From NCBI GenBank assembly GCA_012515515.1, contig JAAYYE010000006.1:252-64251 (forward strand): a stretch of 64,000 bases of DNA, written 5' to 3'. The notes beneath the pieces are model-generated. The model had not been told where the DNA came from. It saw nothing but the letters and a program-made list of their open reading frames with translations, and searched no databases. The position numbers were made by a program, and so were the translations under genes. Shown here in pieces: positions 60,496 through 64,000 of this stretch; the first letter of the stretch is position 1, and each line of letters starts with the position of its first letter. The DNA comes from Minisyncoccota bacterium. Lineage in GTDB: Bacteria; Patescibacteriota; Microgenomatia; UBA1400; PJMF01.

Positions 60496-61481
60496 TTTGA
60501 GTGACGCTTGTCGTAAACTTTTTTTAACTGAGATTTAGTGACGTGAGTATAGATTTGAGTAGTGGCAATATTTTTGTGACCTAAAATTTCTTGCACATCA
60601 CGCAGGTTGGCACCATTAATTAAGAGATCAGTAGCAAAGCTGTGACGAATACCATGCGGCGACAGTTTAACAGTCAGTCGGGCTTGGCGCGCATATTTAT
60701 CTACCAAGCGTTGTACGCTCCGACTAGTCAGCCTCATGCTTTCATCATCAAAAGCGGGATGCACTTTTTTACCAGAAAAACGAATAAAAACCGCTCGCCA
60801 CATATCTTCGCGAGTTGCTAGCCAACGCTCAAGCCAATCTGCCGCCCGATCACTTAAAAACACCACTCTTGGTCGACGGCCCTTACCAATCACCCCAAAT
60901 TCTTTGCGAGTGAGGTTAATTTGATCGCGATTGAGCTTAACCAGCTCACTCACCCGCAAACCAGTAGAGAAGAGGACTTCTAAAATGGCCCGATCCCTTA
61001 AACCAGTTTCACTGCTGAGGTCTGGCTGGATTAATAAGCGCTCCATTTCTTCAATATCAATGAAGCTCATTGGAATAGATTCAGCTTTGGGCAGATCAAT
61101 TTTCTCTGGATGAAGCACATTGAGGTCGTTTTTGATTAGATATTTAAACCAAGAGCGCAGGGCGATCACATGATAACTTTGAGTTCTTTTGGATAAAGTT
61201 CTGCCTTGTTCATCAATATACCTGGCTAAAAAAACTCGATAAGCGCGCAAGGAATCGAGATCTAGTTGAGCTAAATCAGTGGCGCCCTGTTCTTTGAACC
61301 AGGCGTTGAAGCGTCTTAGATAATGACTATAATTACGAACTGTGAGGCGGCTGAGGTTCTTTTCTACCTCGAGTGACTCGAGGAAAGATATCAGGGCCTG
61401 ATCTGGATCAGTGCTCAAACGAGCAATACTTTTGAGCACCTGTTTGTTTTTAGGCCCAGTTGTTACTTGATCGCTACTCAT
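60489..61481 (-). CDS. XerC/D-family tyrosine recombinase
   Basis: SAM-like N-domain; catalytic R (TGLRVSE), K (GKG), HxxR (HGIRHS), LGH, Y (TQIYTH). Confidence 0.93.
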   Translation of the reverse strand: MSSDQVTTGPKNKQVLKSIARLSTDPDQALISFLESLEVEKNLSRLTVRNYSHYLRRFNAWFKEQGATDLAQLDLDSLRAYRVFLARYIDEQGRTLSKRTQSYHVIALRSWFKYLIKNDLNVLHPEKIDLPKAESIPMSFIDIEEMERLLIQPDLSSETGLRDRAILEVLFSTGLRVSELVKLNRDQINLTRKEFGVIGKGRRPRVVFLSDRAADWLERWLATREDMWRAVFIRFSGKKVHPAFDDESMRLTSRSVQRLVDKYARQARLTVKLSPHGIRHSFATDLLINGANLRDVQEILGHKNIATTQIYTHVTKSQLKKVYDKRHSKL

Positions 61482-61638
61482 AAGCTCAATTTACAATAAA
61501 TTTAAGTTTTTGCCTACTGGTAGATCTGGTTTGAAAAAAATCTGCTGTGAAAAAAGGGGAGAGGGGAAAATGTTTTTAGGTAAATTTTTCAGAAAAATTA
61601 GGCAGAAAAATAACTGATAATGGCAAAAAAACCAGAGT

Positions 61639-61666
61639 AAAAAATAGGGGAGACTACCCTATTTTT
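61639..61666 (-). terminator. Intrinsic terminator after the GNAT gene
   Basis: aaaaaataggg-gagacta-ccctattttt hairpin. Confidence 0.7.
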
Positions 61667-61668
61667 CC

Positions 61669-62244
61669 CTAAGTATAGGGGACCCAGTAGCGTAATTTGC
61701 GCACTGGAGAGTCGTCTTGCACTAGAGAATTAGCAAAAATCCCGCCATTTTTCTCGATAATTTTTTTTGAACCCAGATTGGTTTCATCGCACGTGAGCAG
61801 TGCTTGCTTAGTATCAATTTTTGGTTGATGCTGACGGATTTTTTCTAGAGTTAAAGCTAATAAACGACTGCCGTATCCCTGGCGACGAGCACTTGGCCTA
61901 ATGACGTAGCCAACATGGCCGCCAATTTTTCGCAACTTGTCATTGAGTCGATGGCGAATAGAAACTCGACCTATCCAGACTAATTGGCCATCAGTCTGTT
62001 CTTCCATTAACCAATAAATGCTTTGTGGCACTCGATTAGGCGCTAAATTAATACCCAGTTCTTGTTCTGCTAAATAAGCTAAATATTCTTTGAAAAACTT
62101 TTTGTTGCTTAATTGAGCGAGATCAAGATTTTCTTCTACGTAATATCGTTCATGTTGGTGGGCTTGTAATTCGCTAAGACCATCAATGAAAGCCCGATGA
62201 TGAGCTAACTGTGGTTTTAACAAAAAAACTGCATTTTTTGGCAT
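61669..62244 (-). CDS. GNAT acetyltransferase (COG3981-like)
   Basis: IRHRLN, GGHVGY.IRPSARRQGYG, TCDETNLGSKKIIEKNGG. Confidence 0.9.
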   Translation of the reverse strand: MPKNAVFLLKPQLAHHRAFIDGLSELQAHQHERYYVEENLDLAQLSNKKFFKEYLAYLAEQELGINLAPNRVPQSIYWLMEEQTDGQLVWIGRVSIRHRLNDKLRKIGGHVGYVIRPSARRQGYGSRLLALTLEKIRQHQPKIDTKQALLTCDETNLGSKKIIEKNGGIFANSLVQDDSPVRKLRYWVPYT

Positions 62245-62597
62245 ATGAGCTATTATAGCCTGATTTGCAACGAGGGATTAATCATATAAAGGAAAAAAAG
62301 CCGATTTTAGGCTTTTAGCGGGCTTCTTGAGGTATTTAGATTGATATATCAATTTAATATGCAATTTAGCTTGTAGATTCTTTAAAGATTTTAGCCTGGA
62401 CAGATCTGGAGAAATGGCTAGGCAAGAGGCAAAAAGGTCGGAAATGGCACCGGGCTAGATAATGAAAATACCAGGAGAAATGATCAGGGAGCAAGCAGCA
62501 GATAGGATAAATAAAGAAAAATAAGCACAAATTAATCGAGAAATTAAAAGATAAGATTAAATGTTTAAAAGTGGTCTCTTTGCCAATTCTAGGGTTT

Positions 62598-62625
62598 ATG
62601 TCGCAAAAGTTATATTGTGCGACAT
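62598..62625. other. Putative dif-like site-specific recombination site
   Basis: ATGTCGCAAAA-GTTATA-TTGTGCGACAT: 11-6-11 inverted arms, symmetry extends to about 62592-62630. Confidence 0.7.
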
Positions 62626-63290
62626 AACCCCAATCTCTCGATGGCTCCTACACTGCCAACAATGCTCTAGGGCAGTCAAGGGTAGCAGCTAGATATTATT
62701 GTCTTTCTTATTGATCTTTTTACACTGCACTCTTAAACTCGCTTGCGCTCCTTAGCGTGTCGATCTAATTTGCTCCCAAATGGTCTCCCTCAACAGTTTT
62801 TAAAAAAGCATATTCGGGTTTTTTATTGATTAATCAAGCCTTTTACTCCCCAGAGCGTGCCCGGGGATAAAAACTTAATCACTTGAGGAAATCCAGAGAG
62901 GAAGTTGAGCTGCAGCGCCTGGCTCTACCAGGCTATATTTATTTTTGCATCCTTATCTGTAACAATATCTAAGTGTATCATTGTTAAGTGTATCAAACTA
63001 TATCACTCCAGGCTTAAAGAGTCCTATAATAATTGAGTTTTCCACAATTTTCACGCCTCTACCCTTTGCCGAGCTTATTACTTTTTTTCTTTCTACCCTA
63101 GCTAATATTTATTACTATTTTTTATTAAAAATTTTACTCAAAAAATTATTTTAAGCTTATTAAATAAGCCAAAACTGTGAGGGATTAGATATTTCTCTTC
63201 ACTCTAATTTAACTAGCAAAGGGCTTTATTTTTCTCGCTCTTCCCCACTCCAATTATATAATAAAACACTGATACATCAATGTTTTATTC

Positions 63291-63989
63291 TTATTTACCA
63301 GGGAAAGCAAAGATAAAAGTAATGACAATGAAAATGGCTACTAATATATATTCGGTGGCAGTGTTTTTGAACAGTCTACCCTGCAAGAGGTTGTGAAACA
63401 ATGACAAACCAACATAAACCAATGACATGATAAATAAAGAAATATGCCAAATTTGCATCGGTAAAAAAGAAAAAAAGATACTAAATTCGGTTAAAATTAA
63501 GACAAATAGCAGACTGTATTGTAGAATTTCTCGATCAATGCGCGGCTCTAATTTAACCGACCATAAAGACATTAAAATCAAGAAAAAGTGCGTCACAGCC
63601 ACCAATAAAGCATTTATATAAAAAGGTAGACGCAAAGAAAAAATCGTATTGGTTAATAATAAAGAAATAATCATGGTGAAAAAGAGAGCGATCGCCTGTG
63701 CTGCATACAACAGCTGAATAGTTCGGCCCTTAGCCACCGAAAAAATATTGGCAGTTAAAAACAAAGCATACATGCCAATGCCAAAAATGGCTAAAATAAC
63801 CAGGCGGGAGATTAATAATTCGGGTAATAAAAAATAAAAAAGCGCAACAGAAGTGGCATATAAAACGGGTAAAGGTAAAATTGTCAGCCATTCGTAAATC
63901 TGCAAATCTTCATTAAGCGCCCAGGCCGACATAAAATAGCTAATAACAGCAAATAAAATGATTGCTCCATAGCGCCAATCTACTGGCAC
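63291..63989 (-). CDS. Polytopic membrane protein of unknown function (probably 5'-truncated by window edge)
   Basis: About 8 TM helices, LTANIF...RTIQLLYAAQ. Confidence 0.75.
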   Translation of the reverse strand: MPVDWRYGAIILFAVISYFMSAWALNEDLQIYEWLTILPLPVLYATSVALFYFLLPELLISRLVILAIFGIGMYALFLTANIFSVAKGRTIQLLYAAQAIALFFTMIISLLLTNTIFSLRLPFYINALLVAVTHFFLILMSLWSVKLEPRIDREILQYSLLFVLILTEFSIFFSFLPMQIWHISLFIMSLVYVGLSLFHNLLQGRLFKNTATEYILVAIFIVITFIFAFPGK

Positions 63990-64000
63990 ATACTGAGTGG

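Noticed and set aside
59836-61481. Prophage or genomic-island integrase next to tRNA-Ala
   Set aside because: The recombinase is on the 5' side of the tRNA, no duplicated tRNA 3' end (att) or phage genes were seen, and the protein looks like a housekeeping Xer
61555-61566. KOPS motif near the dif-like site
   Set aside because: GGGGAGAGGGG does not match GGGNAGGG
60489-62630. Integron (IntI plus GNAT cassette)
   Set aside because: No IntI-specific insertion and no attC structure seen; the GNAT gene has its own -10 box and terminator
62840-63080. RNase P or SRP RNA (gaggaaatcc, gcagc motifs)
   Set aside because: Lacks the full GAGGAAAGTCC and matching 3' P4 strand, and lacks the SRP domain IV helix
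603-63621. Short antisense or alternate-frame ORFs in the track (e.g. 1080-1556, 18088-18339, 38900-39187, 56453-56737)
   Set aside because: They lie inside well-supported genes and carry no recognisable motifs; shadow ORFs
1-64000. CRISPR array, DGR/retron, transposase
   Set aside because: No regularly spaced repeat-spacer array, reverse transcriptase or transposase motifs seen
1-64000. Alternative genetic code (UGA=Gly)
   Set aside because: Conserved genes are full length under code 11 and some end in TGA (pcrA, pilM)

Overview
AT-rich bacterial chromosome segment in the standard genetic code. It is most consistent with a Patescibacteria/CPR (Microgenomates-like) genome, an inference from the unlinked 16S gene, shortened Tig/PheT/HolB and a PilQ-less type IV pilus (T4P) locus. 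It holds the 3' end of a 16S rRNA gene with no 23S after it, three solitary tRNAs (Ile-GAT, Val-GAC, Ala-GGC), housekeeping genes (clpB, lon, tpiA, pcrA, gap, tig, infC-rpmI-rplT, pheST, tyrS, recG, rpmF-nusB-rnc-rpsP-khpA, holB, gyrB-ppaC-gyrA), surface-glycosylation and cell-wall genes, and a split ~20 kb T4P locus. The most notable signals are: (1) a symmetric 11-6-11 dif-like site 1.1 kb upstream of a single Xer-type recombinase; (2) an ACP-like protein lacking the phosphopantetheine serine, left in a fab-less rpmF-nusB-acp-rnc locus; (3) three copies of an asymmetric CIRCE-like operator (clpB, lon and one orphan); (4) -10 boxes repeatedly 6-8 nt before start codons, suggesting leaderless mRNAs; (5) recurrent tandem duplications of gene 3' ends; (6) two paralogous uncharacterised surface proteins plus a Cys-rich putative adhesin inside the pilus locus. 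No CRISPR array, transposase or prophage was seen. All calls come from reading motifs; no database searches were run.
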